From: Candidatus Marinacidobacterales bacterium
Lineage (GTDB): Bacteria > Acidobacteriota > Vicinamibacteria > Marinacidobacterales > DATDRI01
NCBI GenBank assembly: GCA_965226495.1
Contig: OZ245365.1
Location: forward strand, 3,968,001 to 4,032,000
Reading direction: 5' to 3'
Length of the DNA: 64,000 nucleotides
Positions 47,717 through 57,939 of the stretch are shown piece after piece. A program made the position numbers and the translations under genes. The notes beneath the pieces were generated by a model that had not been told where the DNA came from, searched no databases, and saw only the letters and a list, made by a program, of their open reading frames with translations. Positions within the stretch are counted from its first letter, which is position 1. Each line of letters opens with the position of its first letter.

Positions 47717-48901
47717 GTGAACTACGATGTCATCACCGTTGGCGGAGGACTAGCCGGGTGTTCCCTCGCCTTCTCGCTGGCACAGAAGGGACTGCGTGTC
47801 CTCGTCCTCGAACGAGAGAAAGAGTTCAGGGACCGCGTCCGAGGCGAGGGCATGCTTCCCTGGGGTGTCAACGAAGCCCGGGACTTGGGAATCTACGATC
47901 TGCTAACCGAATCCTGCGGGCACGCGGTCCGCTATTGGACTTCCCATTCGCGGACCAGCAAGCCGCGTGACCTCGTCGCGACGACGCCGCGAGGATCGCA
48001 TTGTCTCAACTTCTATCATCCCGAAATGCAGGAAGTCATGCTCCAGGCGGCCGCAGATGCGGGCGCCGAGGTGCGCCGAGGGATCAAAGTACGAGGCGTG
48101 GAACCGGGGAGTCCGCCCAAGATTTCGCTCGAGAACGGGGAAACCATCGAAGCTCGCCTGGTTGTGGGAGCCGACGGTCGCACCTCGAAAGTGCGGGAGT
48201 GGATTGGCCTCGAACGCAATCGAGATCCCGAACGCCTGATCACCGCCGGGGTCCTCTTGGACGGCGTAAAAGTCCCGGACGAGTCGATCCACATCTTTCT
48301 CGCTTCGAGCCTGGGCCAAGGAGCTTTGTGTTTTCCGCTTGGAGGGAAACGCCTGAGAACTTACTTCATTTATCGAAAACGGGGCGAACGGCAAGGCCTG
48401 AGTGGCTCGACGCAGGTGCCCCGTCTCATCGAGGCGTGCCGGAAGGTGGGAGTTCCCGATGGTTGGCTCGACGAGGCGGAGGCGATCGGTCCGCTGGCGG
48501 AATTCGATGGCGCCGATACCTGGGTCGAGCACCCCTACCGGGAAGGCGTCGTACTAATTGGCGACGCGGCCTCCACCAACGATCCCGCCTGGGGAAATGG
48601 GCTTTCGCTGACCCTGCGGGACGTCCGAGTCTTGAGGGACAAACTCCTCGCCGACGACGATTGGGGCCGTGCCGCTAGCGCTTACGCGGCCGAACAAGAC
48701 AAGTACTTCGCCGCCCTTCGTAGGGTCACTCGCTGGCGTGCCGACCTCATGTACGAGGTGGGCCCCGAAGCCGAGGCACGAAGAGCTAAGGCCTTCCCTC
48801 TTTTCAAGGAAGACAGGACGCGCGTGCCCGACTATCTTGCCCTTGGCCCCGACTCTCCCAGCGATGAGACGGCCCGCCGAAGATATTTCTGCGAGGAATA
48901 A
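47717..48901 (+). CDS. FAD-dependent monooxygenase/oxidoreductase
   Basis: GGGLAG, RVRGE, GADGRTS, LIGDAA..PAWGNGL. Confidence 0.9.
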   Translation: MNYDVITVGGGLAGCSLAFSLAQKGLRVLVLEREKEFRDRVRGEGMLPWGVNEARDLGIYDLLTESCGHAVRYWTSHSRTSKPRDLVATTPRGSHCLNFYHPEMQEVMLQAAADAGAEVRRGIKVRGVEPGSPPKISLENGETIEARLVVGADGRTSKVREWIGLERNRDPERLITAGVLLDGVKVPDESIHIFLASSLGQGALCFPLGGKRLRTYFIYRKRGERQGLSGSTQVPRLIEACRKVGVPDGWLDEAEAIGPLAEFDGADTWVEHPYREGVVLIGDAASTNDPAWGNGLSLTLRDVRVLRDKLLADDDWGRAASAYAAEQDKYFAALRRVTRWRADLMYEVGPEAEARRAKAFPLFKEDRTRVPDYLALGPDSPSDETARRRYFCEE

Positions 48902-48935
48902 GGACTCTTTTTCCCATCGGCCCAAAACGACTCCC

Positions 48936-50309
48936 TCACAGTTCGGAGAGCATGAGTACCACCCGGAGACCGGGCTGGTTGTCCTCAAAAAGAAGCTCGG
49001 CATGGTGCAGCTCGGCGACCGCTGCGACCAAGCTCAAGCCCAGGCCCGCGCCGGGAGTGCTACGGCTGGCATCGACGCGATAGAACCGCTGAAGAACTTT
49101 TTCTCTCTCTTCTTGCGGTATGCCCGGTCCATCATCGGCAACGGCTAGCCGAGCTCGATCGTTCGATTCGGTCAAAGAGATCTCGATGTTGCCCCCGGCC
49201 GGCGTGTACTTGAGAGCGTTGTCGACGAGGTTGGCGAGCGCCTGAAACAACAGGTCCCGATCGCCGCGGACACTGATCCTTGGCTCCCGATGAACGTTCA
49301 ATCGTTTGTCCGCTTCTTCGATAAGCGGTTGATAGAGGTCCACTACGTCGTCCACCAACCCCGATAGGTCCAGCCTTGTAAGCGCAGCGCGATGCTGCCC
49401 CGACTCGATACGAGCGATCCGCATCAGTGCCTTGAACGTCGAGAGCAAACCATCGGCGTCAGCGATCGCTCGCTCCACATCGCCCCTGGCCTTCTCACTG
49501 CTCTGTTCTTCACGAAGGATTTCGAGGCGGTTCCTCAATCGCGCTAGTGGCGTGCGGAGGTCGTGGGCGATGTTGTCCGAGACGCGGCGCACACCCTCGA
49601 CGAGTTTTTCGAGCTCGTCGAGCATCCGGTTGAGCTTTGCGGTGAGCTCTCCGATGTCATCGTCCGTCGTGTCTGCGGGAACGCGGCGCGAAAGGTCACC
49701 CGCCATAACTTCGCCGATCGCTTCATGTAGGAGGCCGATGCGGCGTATGCGGCTCCGGCTCACGAGGATTCCGCCAAGAAGGGCCAGCAACACGGTCAGT
49801 CCGAGCCCCCATCCCATGGTCCGAATGATGGCCGCCCGGATCTGTTGGAGCTCGTGCATGTCGCGGCCGACTAAGAGATAGAAATCACCACGAAGACGGA
49901 AGCGCTTTGCTCGAGCCCAATGAGGTTCCCCGGTCTTGTAACTCCCTAGCTCGAAGTCGAGCCAACCCTCCTCGTCGGGCTCCACCTGAGGCCATCGCGT
50001 GAGGTTGCCGACGAGCGGTGTGAGCTGGCGGTCGGCGAGCAGGTAGATCGAAGAGCCGGAAGGCTGTCGACCGAGCCTCTCTTGAATCAGAGCGTTCAAG
50101 CCGGCGAGTCCAGTGAGTCGGTAGCGCTCCGCCAACCCGCTGATCTCGGCCTCGATCGTCTCGTCGGCCTGCCGCAGCATGTAGCTCGCAGTGGAGTAAT
50201 AAATGAAGGAGAGCAACAGGATCGCGGAGACTCCGACCAGCGCCATGTAAAGCAGCGCCAGGCGAAAAGCGGAGCTACGAAGTAGCTTCTTCGGATGCAC
50301 GAAGGACAT
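48936..50309 (-). CDS. HAMP-domain sensor histidine kinase
   Basis: Two TMs, HAMP, IAHDLRTPL, NLVDNALKY, GAGLGL. Confidence 0.93.
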   Translation of the reverse strand: MSFVHPKKLLRSSAFRLALLYMALVGVSAILLLSFIYYSTASYMLRQADETIEAEISGLAERYRLTGLAGLNALIQERLGRQPSGSSIYLLADRQLTPLVGNLTRWPQVEPDEEGWLDFELGSYKTGEPHWARAKRFRLRGDFYLLVGRDMHELQQIRAAIIRTMGWGLGLTVLLALLGGILVSRSRIRRIGLLHEAIGEVMAGDLSRRVPADTTDDDIGELTAKLNRMLDELEKLVEGVRRVSDNIAHDLRTPLARLRNRLEILREEQSSEKARGDVERAIADADGLLSTFKALMRIARIESGQHRAALTRLDLSGLVDDVVDLYQPLIEEADKRLNVHREPRISVRGDRDLLFQALANLVDNALKYTPAGGNIEISLTESNDRARLAVADDGPGIPQEEREKVLQRFYRVDASRSTPGAGLGLSLVAAVAELHHAELLFEDNQPGLRVVLMLSEL

Positions 50310-50964
50310 AGCCCGCACCGCGGACGGTGTGAATCAAGGGATAGTCGAATCCCCTATCGATCTTGCGCCGAAGACGGCTGACGTGAACGTCGATAACGTT
50401 GGTTTGTGGATCGAAGTGGTAGTCCCAGACTTTCTCTAGGAGCATGGTTCGCGTGACGACCTGGCCGGCATGGTGCATGAGGTGCTCGAGGAGCCGGAAC
50501 TCCCTCGGCTGCAGCTCGATGGTTTGACCGGCGCGCCGAACTTGTCGGGTCAAGAGATCCATCTCCAAGTCGGCCACCTGAAGCCGAGTCTCCACCGCCT
50601 CGGCGTCGCCGCGACGGACTAGGGCTTCGAGCCGTGCGAGGAGCTCGGAGAAGGCAAAGGGTTTGACGAGGTAGTCGTCGCTCCCCTTTCGAAGTCCCTC
50701 GACGCGATCGTCGATCTCACCCAGCGCGCTGAGGACAAGGATGGGGGTTTTCTTCCCCGACGAGCGCAGTGTCTGGATAACTGAGAGGCCGTCGAGGCCC
50801 GGTAGCATGCGATCCACAACCAAGACATCGAAGGATTGCTCGAGCGCTAGGAACAGGCCTTCTTTGCCATCGGGCGCACCCTCGGCGGTGTGGCCCGCCT
50901 CGTTCAGACCACGAACGATGTAGTCCCTCGTGTCTTGATCGTCTTCGATTATGAGCACGCGCAT
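50275..50964 (-). CDS. OmpR/CusR-like response regulator
   Basis: IIEDD, DRMLPGLDG, KPF, VWDYHFDPQTNVIDVHVSRLR. Confidence 0.95.
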   Translation of the reverse strand: MRVLIIEDDQDTRDYIVRGLNEAGHTAEGAPDGKEGLFLALEQSFDVLVVDRMLPGLDGLSVIQTLRSSGKKTPILVLSALGEIDDRVEGLRKGSDDYLVKPFAFSELLARLEALVRRGDAEAVETRLQVADLEMDLLTRQVRRAGQTIELQPREFRLLEHLMHHAGQVVTRTMLLEKVWDYHFDPQTNVIDVHVSRLRRKIDRGFDYPLIHTVRGAGYVLRASEEATS

Positions 50965-50985
50965 GCCTGATAAGTCCAAATCGGC

Positions 50986-51019
50986 CCCTCACCCTACCCT
51001 CTCCCCGAATGGGAGAGGG
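50986..51019. repeat. REP-like palindrome copy
   Basis: CCCTCACCCTACCCTCTCCCCGAATGGGAGAGGG. Confidence 0.75.
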
Positions 51020-51060
51020 TATAAAGGATGAGGAGCTTTGCTTAAGCTTATCTCGCCTGC

Positions 51061-52581
51061 TCAAGCAAATGGAACAGGCACGAACTGTCGAGCGTTGCCT
51101 CGAGCGACCTGAAGAAGGACGCTTGCGCGGTCATTGTCAGACGCTTTCTTGATCTCCTCGACCACATCGGCCGGACCGGACACTTCCTTCTGTCCCACCA
51201 TGGTCACCACGTCACCCCTGCGCAGACCCACCTTGGCGGCGGGGCTTCCCGGCTTGACGTCGACGACGAGGGCACCCTCGATGCTCTCGTCCACACGATA
51301 GCGCTGACGCGTGGGGGGCGCCAGCTCGGCGAACGACAAACCCAGAGCTGCCTGCGCATCCGGCTGGGCTTCACCTCGAGCCACCACCGCCGCCTCCTCG
51401 GGACTGCGGCCCAAGTCGACAACCAAGTTCTCGCGATCGCCGGAGCGCCACAGCTCGATGGTGGATTTTTCCTCGGTACTCGCTGCCGCGACCCGACGCG
51501 TGAGGTCCTTGATGCTCTCGATGTCTTCGCCGTTGAAGCCGAGGATGACGTCACCGGCCCGGAGGCCCGCCTTCTCGGCCGGGCTACCGTCAACGACGCT
51601 GGCTACCAGCGCGCCCTTTGACTCATCGAGTCCCAGACCTTCGGCGATCTCTTCGGTCACCGCCTGGATCTGAACTCCGAGCCAAGCTCGCTCCACACGA
51701 CCCGACGTCTTGAGCTGCTCGATGATGGGGGTCGCCTGCTGGGCCGGAATCGCAAAGCCGATGCCGACGTTGCCGCCGTTCGGCGAGTAGATGGCGGTGT
51801 TGACACCGATCACACGGCCGGAAAGGTCGAAGAGCGGTCCGCCGGAGTTGCCTTGGTTGATGGGCGCGTCCACCTGAAGAAAATCATCGAAGGGACCGGA
51901 CTGGATGTCTCGGCCGCGTGCGGAAACGATCCCCGTGGTAGCGGTACCGCCCAATCCAAACGGATTGCCGATGGCGATGACCCAATCACCGATGCGAGTC
52001 GAATCGGAATCACCGAAACGCGCAAATGGAAGCGGCTCGTCGGCCTCGATCTTGAGCAGCGCCAGATCGGTCTTGGCATCGCTGCCCACCAGTTCCGCAT
52101 CGTAACGCTCCCCATCGTTCAAGATGACCTGAATCTTCTCCGCCCGTTCGATGACGTGATGGTTGGTCACCACGTGTCCGTCCTCACTAACGATGAAACC
52201 GGAACCCATCCCTCGGACGGGAGCCGCACCGGCCTGGGATTTCTGGAAGGACTGCCGCTCGAAGAACCGTCGCAAGAACTCCTCGAAGGGCATGTCGCGT
52301 GGTGAAGGGTGCCCCGGCGTGGGCTCGGAATAAGAGTGAGCCATGGTGCCAGTAATGGAGATGTTGACCACGGCCGGCTTCACGGCGTCGATGACGTCCG
52401 CGAAAGTAGCGGGTGCGCCCGACGGCGGTAGGATCTTTTGATCGACCGGAGGGCCAGCGCTTGCCTCCGGGAGCTGTCCCCATTGCCAGATTCCAATGGC
52501 GGCCGACAGAGCCAGCGCGCCGAGTGCCATTCTCAGGAATCGCCCGGATCTCCCGTCGACCCTGTTTCCCGTAACCGTCAT
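51061..52581 (-). CDS. degP: DegP/DegQ (Do) serine protease with two PDZ domains
   Basis: TNHHV, DLALLK, NQGNSGGPL, PDZ domains. Confidence 0.95.
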   Translation of the reverse strand: MTVTGNRVDGRSGRFLRMALGALALSAAIGIWQWGQLPEASAGPPVDQKILPPSGAPATFADVIDAVKPAVVNISITGTMAHSYSEPTPGHPSPRDMPFEEFLRRFFERQSFQKSQAGAAPVRGMGSGFIVSEDGHVVTNHHVIERAEKIQVILNDGERYDAELVGSDAKTDLALLKIEADEPLPFARFGDSDSTRIGDWVIAIGNPFGLGGTATTGIVSARGRDIQSGPFDDFLQVDAPINQGNSGGPLFDLSGRVIGVNTAIYSPNGGNVGIGFAIPAQQATPIIEQLKTSGRVERAWLGVQIQAVTEEIAEGLGLDESKGALVASVVDGSPAEKAGLRAGDVILGFNGEDIESIKDLTRRVAAASTEEKSTIELWRSGDRENLVVDLGRSPEEAAVVARGEAQPDAQAALGLSFAELAPPTRQRYRVDESIEGALVVDVKPGSPAAKVGLRRGDVVTMVGQKEVSGPADVVEEIKKASDNDRASVLLQVARGNARQFVPVPFA

Positions 52582-52713
52582 TCTGACCTCCTGAGTTTGT
52601 GTGATGGGTGCGCCCCGAGGGGCGCACCCGCGGCCGACTGCTTATTGCCCGTCCTCTTGTTGTATCGACCTGAGGCCAGTGTAGAGAAAGCCGCATTACG
52701 AGCCTCTTTCCGC

Positions 52714-52735
52714 AACATGAACTTTTTGTCATGTT
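52714..52735. promoter_or_regulatory. CusR/CopR-box-like palindrome upstream of degP
   Basis: AACATGA-ACTTTTTG-TCATGTT; perfect 11-bp hairpin at 52606-52629 in the leader. Confidence 0.45.
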
Positions 52736-52790
52736 CGGTGAGGCGAGGAGGTCAGGAGGTCAGGGGATCCCCGACTGGCGCGAGAATCCG

Positions 52791-53273
52791 TTACTTCTGC
52801 TGGGCGCGTCTCTTGGGAGGCGGATTTTCGAGCAGGTCGACGACTGCGGAATGGCCTTTTTGACGGGCGAAGCTCTCTGCGGTGTCGCCGTCTTTGTCCT
52901 TGAGGTCCGCATCGGCTCCGTAGACGAGAAGCAGGCGGACCACTTCCAACTGGCCCTCGGCCGCGGCGGTCATCAACGCCGTGAAGCCTTCCAGCTCCCC
53001 CTGGACATTGACCTCGGCTCCCTTCTTCAAGAGGAGCTCTACCGTCCCCGAAAAGGGACCACTGGATGCATACATGAGCGCGGTCCGACCATGTTGGTCC
53101 TTCGCGTCGAGCTTAGCGCCCTTCTCCAAGAGGTATGCGATCACTGGGGTGTGCCCATTGAAAGCGGCCCACATCAGGGGTGTGTGTTTCTCGGCGTCGG
53201 CCGCATCCACGGCCGTGCCTTCCGAGACCAGACGTCTGACCTCTCCGAGGTTACCGGCGTAGGCAAATTCCAT
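52791..53273 (-). CDS. Ankyrin repeat protein (signal peptide put out of frame by a 16-bp duplication)
   Basis: TPLMWAAFNGH, TALMYAS, TALMTAAAEGQ; 16-bp-period repeat at 53288-53318 separates VLVLAALISIVAASIAAQA. Confidence 0.85.
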   Translation of the reverse strand: MEFAYAGNLGEVRRLVSEGTAVDAADAEKHTPLMWAAFNGHTPVIAYLLEKGAKLDAKDQHGRTALMYASSGPFSGTVELLLKKGAEVNVQGELEGFTALMTAAAEGQLEVVRLLLVYGADADLKDKDGDTAESFARQKGHSAVVDLLENPPPKRRAQQK

Positions 53274-53622
53274 GAGGGCTTGCTCCGCGTTCGTCAGGGG
53301 TGACGTTCGTCAGGGGTGGGGCCTGAGCTGCGATGGACGCGGCGACGATTGAGATTAGGGCTGCTAGCACCAAGACCTCATCGTGCCATGACCGTACCTA
53401 ATGCGCGTCGCATCTGCAAGCCGTCTCGAATCGCTCGCTCCCCACGGCGTGCAGACCTCCGCCTGATCTTGGGTTAGCCACGCACGGACCTGCGCCTCAC
53501 CTGCGAGGACTAGCTACCCATGATGTAGAAACCGTGGACCTTGCCTGTGGATTCGACCGAACTCATCTTGTACCGAGAAAGGTCCTCTCGGTACCACCGT
53601 GCTGGCTCCATTGTGAAGTCCC

Positions 53623-54048
53623 CTACTCAGAGAAAGGGTTTTCGATCGTCATCCCTTGAATGTGCTGCCCTGGAGAAAAGTCCTCGCTCATGAGGACCGC
53701 CGCTCCTGCTTGCAGCGCGGCATGAACAATCAATGAATCCCAGAAGGAATACTTATAGCGCTCGAGCAACTCGAAGGCTCCAAGGATGGAATTTCCGTCG
53801 TTGACGACAACTTCCCAGTTGAGAAGGTCAGCCACAACCTTCTGAGCAGTGGCCGTGTCCATCGGCTTTGGCAGCTTTCGCGTCACGGACACAAAAAATT
53901 CCTGTAGCACCTGGGTGCTGAGCACGCCACGGCGACCCGTCCACTGGTCAGCCACTATTCCGCGCGCCAAGTCGTGTTTGGTCCCAGCGGAGGTGTCGTG
54001 TGCGTAGACCAGGACATTGGTATCGAGGAAGACCTTACCTTCGGTCAT
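53623..54048 (-). CDS. vapC: PIN-domain toxin
   Basis: FLDTNVLVY, STQVLQEF, SFWDSLI, MSEDF. Confidence 0.92.
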   Translation of the reverse strand: MTEGKVFLDTNVLVYAHDTSAGTKHDLARGIVADQWTGRRGVLSTQVLQEFFVSVTRKLPKPMDTATAQKVVADLLNWEVVVNDGNSILGAFELLERYKYSFWDSLIVHAALQAGAAVLMSEDFSPGQHIQGMTIENPFSE

Positions 54049-54280
54049 GAAGCTCTTCCCGAGAAACGGCTAGCTCGCCGTTTGACCCCAGATCGAGGCC
54101 AAGCTCCAGAAGTTTGAGGTGGCGTCTTCTGGCCTTCTCGTAATCCGCGCTCTGGTTTATACGGCGTTCGAGGGCTTCCCGCATCAATTCGCTTAAGGAT
54201 TTGTCCTGCTGAGCTGCCACGACCTTGGCCTTTTTGAGCAAGGGTTTGGGCAGCGACAGCGTTACATTTTGACGTTCCAT
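54035..54280 (-). CDS. vapB: Ribbon-helix-helix antitoxin
   Basis: QNVTLSLPKPLLKKAK..SLSELMREAL..SREELHDR; overlaps the toxin gene. Confidence 0.85.
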   Translation of the reverse strand: MERQNVTLSLPKPLLKKAKVVAAQQDKSLSELMREALERRINQSADYEKARRRHLKLLELGLDLGSNGELAVSREELHDRR

Positions 54281-54292
54281 GACCTCCCCTTG

Positions 54293-54343
54293 ATCACGTG
54301 TTTAGGTGCATCACATGTTTATGTGTATCACATATTTACGTGC
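54293..54343. promoter_or_regulatory. Triple 17-bp operator repeat upstream of vapBC
   Basis: ATCACGTGTTTAGGTGC / ATCACATGTTTATGTGT / ATCACATATTTACGTGC. Confidence 0.65.
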
Positions 54344-54555
54344 TGGGCAAGCGCAGGAACGGGGAATCCGCTTCCGTCCGACACGGGACTGAGTCGGACT
54401 CGCGGCGCGCCGCTTATGCGGCGGGGAGGGAGCTACTGGGAATCAGAGAGCAACTTGCAGCCGAATCTGGAATATCCAGACCGGGTCCGCGCCCTCGAGA
54501 TCGGCGCGGATCACGTTGAAGTAGGTCCGTGTGTTATTCGTCCGGTGTGTGAAAC

Positions 54556-55176
54556 CTAGCGCTTGCGGATGCGAGTCAAACGAACCGGCTCGCTGCCGAA
54601 GTTCTCGATGACCAGCTGTTTCGTTTCGTTGTTGAGGTCGAGCCGCACGCCCATGGCGAGCTGTCCCTCGCCTTCACCCTTCGCATCCACATCCATGACG
54701 ATGAGGGTCAGGTCGTACTCGTTGAACCGAGGGCGGTGCATGGCCTCCGCAAAGCTGATCGGCCTGTCCAGCGCAAGGATGATCCGGCGTTTGCCTTCGC
54801 CCAAATCGACCTGACGCGAGTAGCGCAGACGCTCGCTCGGGAAAGTCGAACGGGATGCGGTGCCACGTCCGCGCGGACGAGCCCAACCGGTTTCTTCCTG
54901 CTTCTGCAAAGCCTTTACGAGTCCTTCTTGTCCATTCTCGACGAGTTGCGCGAAAAGGGCCTCTCGTTCTTCCTCGGTCGTCCACCGCGTGATGTTCATC
55001 TGGAGCGTCATGCTCGTACCGGGCGGAATGACCGGAGGGTTCGACGTCCCCATCGCGACCGCGAAGGCCTCATACGTTTCCTTGAACTCCTCCTCGCCAC
55101 CGGTGAAGGCAACATTGGACGATGTCAGCAGTAAGATAACAACAGCAGCGGTTCCAAGACCTAATCGTTTCAACAT
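54556..55176 (-). CDS. Secreted hypothetical protein
   Basis: Signal peptide, ITRWTTEEER, DRPISFAE, GEGEGQL; RBS AAGGAG. Confidence 0.75.
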   Translation of the reverse strand: MLKRLGLGTAAVVILLLTSSNVAFTGGEEEFKETYEAFAVAMGTSNPPVIPPGTSMTLQMNITRWTTEEEREALFAQLVENGQEGLVKALQKQEETGWARPRGRGTASRSTFPSERLRYSRQVDLGEGKRRIILALDRPISFAEAMHRPRFNEYDLTLIVMDVDAKGEGEGQLAMGVRLDLNNETKQLVIENFGSEPVRLTRIRKR

Positions 55177-55196
55177 GGTTGTCTCCTTGTCTTACT

Positions 55197-55655
55197 CTAG
55201 TCCTTGGCCGACGACCAGTGCTTCACGGACGTCACTTCGATGCGAATGATCAGGCGACTGTCGATCGCCATAGAGCGGTACTGGACGTACTTGCCACGCA
55301 AGAGATCGACCGCCTTCGAGTGCTCGTTTGCGTAGCGACCGCCTGGCTCGATGGCCTCGGCCGACCCACGCACGAGAACGTAGCCTAGCTGCGACCAGTC
55401 CTCCGAATAGTCGTCTATCAAGAGCGAGACTCTAGGGTTAGCCTCGATGTTTCGGAGACGCTTGAGACGCCCCCACGAAACGGTCTTGGGTTTTTCATCG
55501 ATGGCGGAATAGAAGCGCTTGGCCTCGAAAACGTAACAAATGGGGATGACCGTCGGCTGACCATCGGCGTCGACGGTGGCGAGTCGAGCTACGCGATGGG
55601 AGTGGATGAATTTTCGCGTGCGTTCGTCGATCTGCAGTGCTGCCTCTGTGGTCAA
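55197..55655 (-). CDS. PPOX-class F420-dependent oxidoreductase (Rv0121-like)
   Basis: VARLATVD, AIDEKPK, LKRLRNIEANPRV, DDYSEDWSQL. Confidence 0.88.
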   Translation of the reverse strand: MTTEAALQIDERTRKFIHSHRVARLATVDADGQPTVIPICYVFEAKRFYSAIDEKPKTVSWGRLKRLRNIEANPRVSLLIDDYSEDWSQLGYVLVRGSAEAIEPGGRYANEHSKAVDLLRGKYVQYRSMAIDSRLIIRIEVTSVKHWSSAKD

Positions 55656-55659
55656 AGGA

Positions 55660-55694
55660 CCCTCACCCTCCCCTCTCCCCAGAGGGGAGAGGGG
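55660..55694. repeat. REP-like palindrome copy
   Basis: CCCTCACCCTCCCCTCTCCCCAGAGGGGAGAGGGG. Confidence 0.75.
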
Positions 55695-55702
55695 AACATC
55701 GG

Positions 55703-57720
55703 TTAGAGTTTTCCCCTCGCTTCTTGCACACGGTCGCGGTCGAGATCGCCGTCTCCCCAGAATTCAACGAACCGACGGTAATATTTGCGCGCCTCTTCCA
55801 TCTCCCCGCGTTCTTCCTGAATCTTCCCGAGTAAGTAGAAGCTCCGGACATAGCGGATCGGCCAGCGAATATGCTCGGTCGTGCTTTCGGTGATCCGCCC
55901 GAGCCACTCTGCGGCCTTCTCTTCGTCTCCCGCCGCCAGATGCGCCGAAGCAAGACTGAACCAGATCGGAACATGTTGATCTAATCCCGAGGGCTCGGGG
56001 TAGCCTCGCAGGGCCAGCATCGACTGGGCTTCCTCTAGCTTTTCGATCGCGAGGCTCGTGTCGCCGCGGGCGAGGGCCATCTCGCCGGCTAGGTGCACAT
56101 GCCTCCTCTTCTCGTTGTGGCTCGGAATCATGTCTACCTTGATTCGAAGCTCCTCCGCCAGCCTTTCCGCTTCCTCCCAGCGCTCCAATTTGATATTTGC
56201 CCACGCGGATTGCCACAGCCCTCGCCAAGCCGCACGTCGGGCGCCACCCTCCCGCTCGGCTTTCCTTGCTAGTTCCAAAGCTTCTGCCGGACGCTCCGTC
56301 TGGGAGAGAACATTCGCGGTGACCCAGAGCGAACTCGCGCCGAGCGAACCCGACCCTTGAAAAATGTCAGACGCTGCCGCGAGGTTCTCGAGGGTTCGGC
56401 TCGAACGACCACGGAACAGTTGAGCGTTAGCCAGCTCCATGGCACCTAGCCACTTCCAGAACGGATCGGACCGATCCGCGATCCTCTGCGCCGCGGCCTC
56501 GGCTTCGTCGCGCCGAGCGAACCCGACCCTTGAAAAATGTCAGACGCTGCCGCGAGGTTCTCGAGGGTTCGGCTCGAACGACCACGGAACAGTTGAGCGT
56601 TAGCCAGCTCCATGGCACCTAGCCACTTCCAGAACGGATCGGACCGATCCGCGATCCTCTGCGCCGCGGCCTCGGCTTCGTCCCAATTCTCTTTGAGAAC
56701 GAACGCCTCCCAGCGACCCTCATCGACCCAAGCGTCTTCCGGATCGAGCGATTCCGCCATCTGAAAAGCCGAGAGCGCCTCGTCGAGACGTCCCCACCGG
56801 ACGAAGTGTTTTCCGAGGTCGGTGTGGCCGGCCGCGATCTCCGGGTTACGCTGGATGAACTCGTCTAACACCACATAACCCTTCTCGAACTCGCCCTTCG
56901 CGGAATAGCACTCGGCCAAATTGCTGTACGTGGCAGAAAATGGAAAGGCCCGCCGGACCAGGTCCTGGTAATGCGTGATGGCGTCATCGAATCGCTCGAG
57001 GTTCTGGTAAGAAAAAGCCAGATTGTGCCGGGCCGAACCGTGATCAGGATACAGCTCCACCCCCTTCTTGAAGGCGTCGATGGCCCGGCCGTACTCGCCA
57101 TAGTTCCTCCAGTGGTAGTGCCCTTCGATGTAGTAGCGCTCCCGGGCGGTGAGTCGATCGACATGCCGATAGGCTCTTTCCCGGTACTCATCGGCCTCTT
57201 TCAGGTGCCCGAGATTGGAATGAAGCGCCGCGAGCTTGCCAAGGGCCATCGCGAACTCGGGATCCAGCTCCACCGCCTTCTCGAAGAAGGGAATGGCTTC
57301 CTCTTGCTTCATCCGTTCGAACAGGTTGATGCCTTCCGCATACTGGCGATAGGCCTCGATGGAGGACGTGGTGACGTCTTTGAGGTCGCGATCCAGCGTC
57401 GCGTCGGCCGCCTCGGGGACCGCGAACCGATCCTTGATACGGCGGGTCAGGTCGTCGACCATGGGAAAGATGCTGGATTCACCGACCCCCTCGACTTTTT
57501 CCGTCGTCAGTACCTTGCCGCTCTCGACTTCCTGGAGTCTCACGCTAATGCGAATGTTCTCTCCCGCTTTGACGAAGCTTCCCAGAAGTACGCTGTCGAC
57601 ACCGCCCCGCTCCGCGACTTCGCGATCGAGCTTCACGTCGATCGCGCGGTAGACCACACCCATGCCCCCGCGGCTAAGTTCTTCCAAGATCTTGTAGTGG
57701 GAGAGTGTGCGGCCGATCAT
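55703..57720 (-). pseudogene. Ser/Thr kinase-TPR protein with kinase domain deleted and a 173-bp duplication
   Basis: MIGRTLSHYKILEELSRGGMGVVYRAIDVKLDREVA joined directly to ERGGVDSVLLGS; TPRs; duplication 56335-56682 shifts frame. Confidence 0.82.
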
Positions 57721-57939
57721 GGCGTGGCCCTCACCCGGCGTCTGGCCGCGTTGAAAGCAGCACGGCACCTTTTGACGCCGAACTCTTCCCATAGGGAAAT
57801 GGAGTAACGGAAGAAGAGACCATTTGTCGGGGCATTCTATGGTGCCGAGTCGGCCTGTTCAAGGCGACGCCCGGGTTAGGACCGTGACCCAGTTGAGCGG
57901 GCGGGCGAACCGAACTATTCTTTCGATCGGAAAAGCGCC

